Below, piece after piece: positions 62,865 to 64,000 of a stretch of DNA of 64,000 nt (positions within the stretch are counted from its first letter, which is position 1; every line of letters starts with the position of its first letter). The stretch is from the NCBI GenBank assembly GCA_002269645.1, contig NIVC01002928.1, forward strand, positions 1-64,000, read 5' to 3'. The position numbers and the translations under genes were made by a program. This stretch comes from Macrostomum lignano. Its lineage: Eukaryota. The notes under the pieces were generated by a model. It searched no databases. It had not been told where the DNA came from and saw only the letters and a list, made by a program, of their open reading frames with translations.

Positions 62865-64000
62865 TCAAGTCTTGGGCCCTCTCCTGGCACACTGGTGCCC
62901 TACAAAGTACACGAGTCGTCCGAATATGAGCAGGAACTCGCAAATGCTGACTATGGCCATGCCGATCCACAGGCCCATGATGCCGCCGATGTCGCTGAGA
63001 AAAGACTTGAGCGGATAGGCCTCAGATTCCGACATCACCTGCATGTCGGCCGAGGCGTAGCCAATTTCCAGCAGCAGCAGCCGCTCCTGCATGTACTCCA
63101 GGCCGGCCTCGTACAGTGGCTTGGGCTGCGGGTTGCTGTAGTTCATGCCCTTCAGGAAGGCCGCCCGCATCGTCTCCAGCACCCGGGCGCCAACGCTGGT
63201 GCTGTTGAGCTGGACAATGGCTTTGTCTAAGAACGGCTTGATTGTGTTCACGAATATGCGCGCGAAAGTGCTCGGGTGCTTCCTGGAGAGCTGCGACTCC
63301 GGCCAGGGCACGATGGAGTGCACCGAGGAGAACTGCTCTCGCCGGCACACCTTCGGGCACTTGTCGACGGACACGCGGCTTCGAAACTCGTGGTCGTGAC
63401 ACTCGTCGCGCTTAAGGAACTTGGCGATGTCGTCGTGCTTCAGCAGCTGGCTGAACGGCATCGTTGAGACGCCGTCAAGTCCGCGCACCATGCAGAGGGT
63501 GTCGTTTCGCGGATCTTCGCGGCACTCGCGCGGGAACTGCTGGTGCGTAAAGGCATCATCCGGGGGCAGGTTGCAGAAGAGGTTGCGCGTGTCGCCCAGG
63601 CTGTTCAGGGCCGAGTTGTACAGGTCGATCTCGGTGGGCAGCAGCGCGCTCAGGCAGCCGCACTGCTCGTAGATCTGCCTCTGCAGGGTGACATCGGTGC
63701 ACAGCGCCGAGGTGTAGGCAACATTTAGCGTCCTGCTGCTGCTGACGAATAGGTCCTCCTTGATCTGGTAGAACTTGTTCTCGGCGATGCAGCTGGTCTT
63801 ATTGTCGGCCACTACTGGCAGCTGGGAGACAACCATCTTGCGCAGGTCGATTTTCGTGTAGTGTCCGGTGCGCAAGAAGTAGCGGATGCTGTCGTGACAG
63901 CCGAACGACTCGTTGAAGCAGATGTACAGCCACAGCCCACTGTCCGACACCAGCTCGAAGGCGTCCTGCTCAGCGTAGAAGTACCAACCGTCGGGTACGT
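62865..64000 (-). CDS. DEG/ENaC (amiloride-sensitive channel family) subunit, 3' part; continues beyond the window
   Basis: Cys-rich thumb region (QCGC, CPKVC), TM2 FLSDIGGIMGLWIGMAIVSICEF; the frame stays open to base 64000; stop TGA at 62865. Confidence 0.92.
   Translation of the reverse strand, partial: VPDGWYFYAEQDAFELVSDSGLWLYICFNESFGCHDSIRYFLRTGHYTKIDLRKMVVSQLPVVADNKTSCIAENKFYQIKEDLFVSSSRTLNVAYTSALCTDVTLQRQIYEQCGCLSALLPTEIDLYNSALNSLGDTRNLFCNLPPDDAFTHQQFPRECREDPRNDTLCMVRGLDGVSTMPFSQLLKHDDIAKFLKRDECHDHEFRSRVSVDKCPKVCRREQFSSVHSIVPWPESQLSRKHPSTFARIFVNTIKPFLDKAIVQLNSTSVGARVLETMRAAFLKGMNYSNPQPKPLYEAGLEYMQERLLLLEIGYASADMQVMSESEAYPLKSFLSDIGGIMGLWIGMAIVSICEFLLIFGRLVYFVGHQCARRGPKT

Overview
Eukaryotic (metazoan) genomic DNA with spliced genes, GT-AG introns, SINEs, MITEs and a very high minisatellite load. 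GC-rich exons within repeat-filled introns suggest a free-living flatworm such as Macrostomum (inference only). By reading splice sites by hand I reconstructed three spliced genes. (1) A complete 15-exon Dicer on the minus strand (21602->4678; 4929 nt, 1642 aa; all 14 junctions phase-compatible) with DExD/H helicase, DUF283, two RNase III domains and a dsRBD, but an apparently truncated PAZ. (2) A 4-exon TTC38 (496 aa). (3) A 3-exon GT31/brainiac-like glycosyltransferase (493 aa). Also present: an atypical TKL-family kinase ORF (no Gly-rich loop visible, DFG->DLD), two orphan single-exon ORFs (one a type I membrane protein), and the 3' part of a DEG/ENaC channel with a non-canonical G-M-A filter. 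17 of the 19 reconstructed introns carry a tandem array, mostly a different unit in each, often starting just after the donor site. Most long ORFs in the supplied track are translations of these arrays, not genes. There is no CRISPR array, rRNA or intact tRNA.
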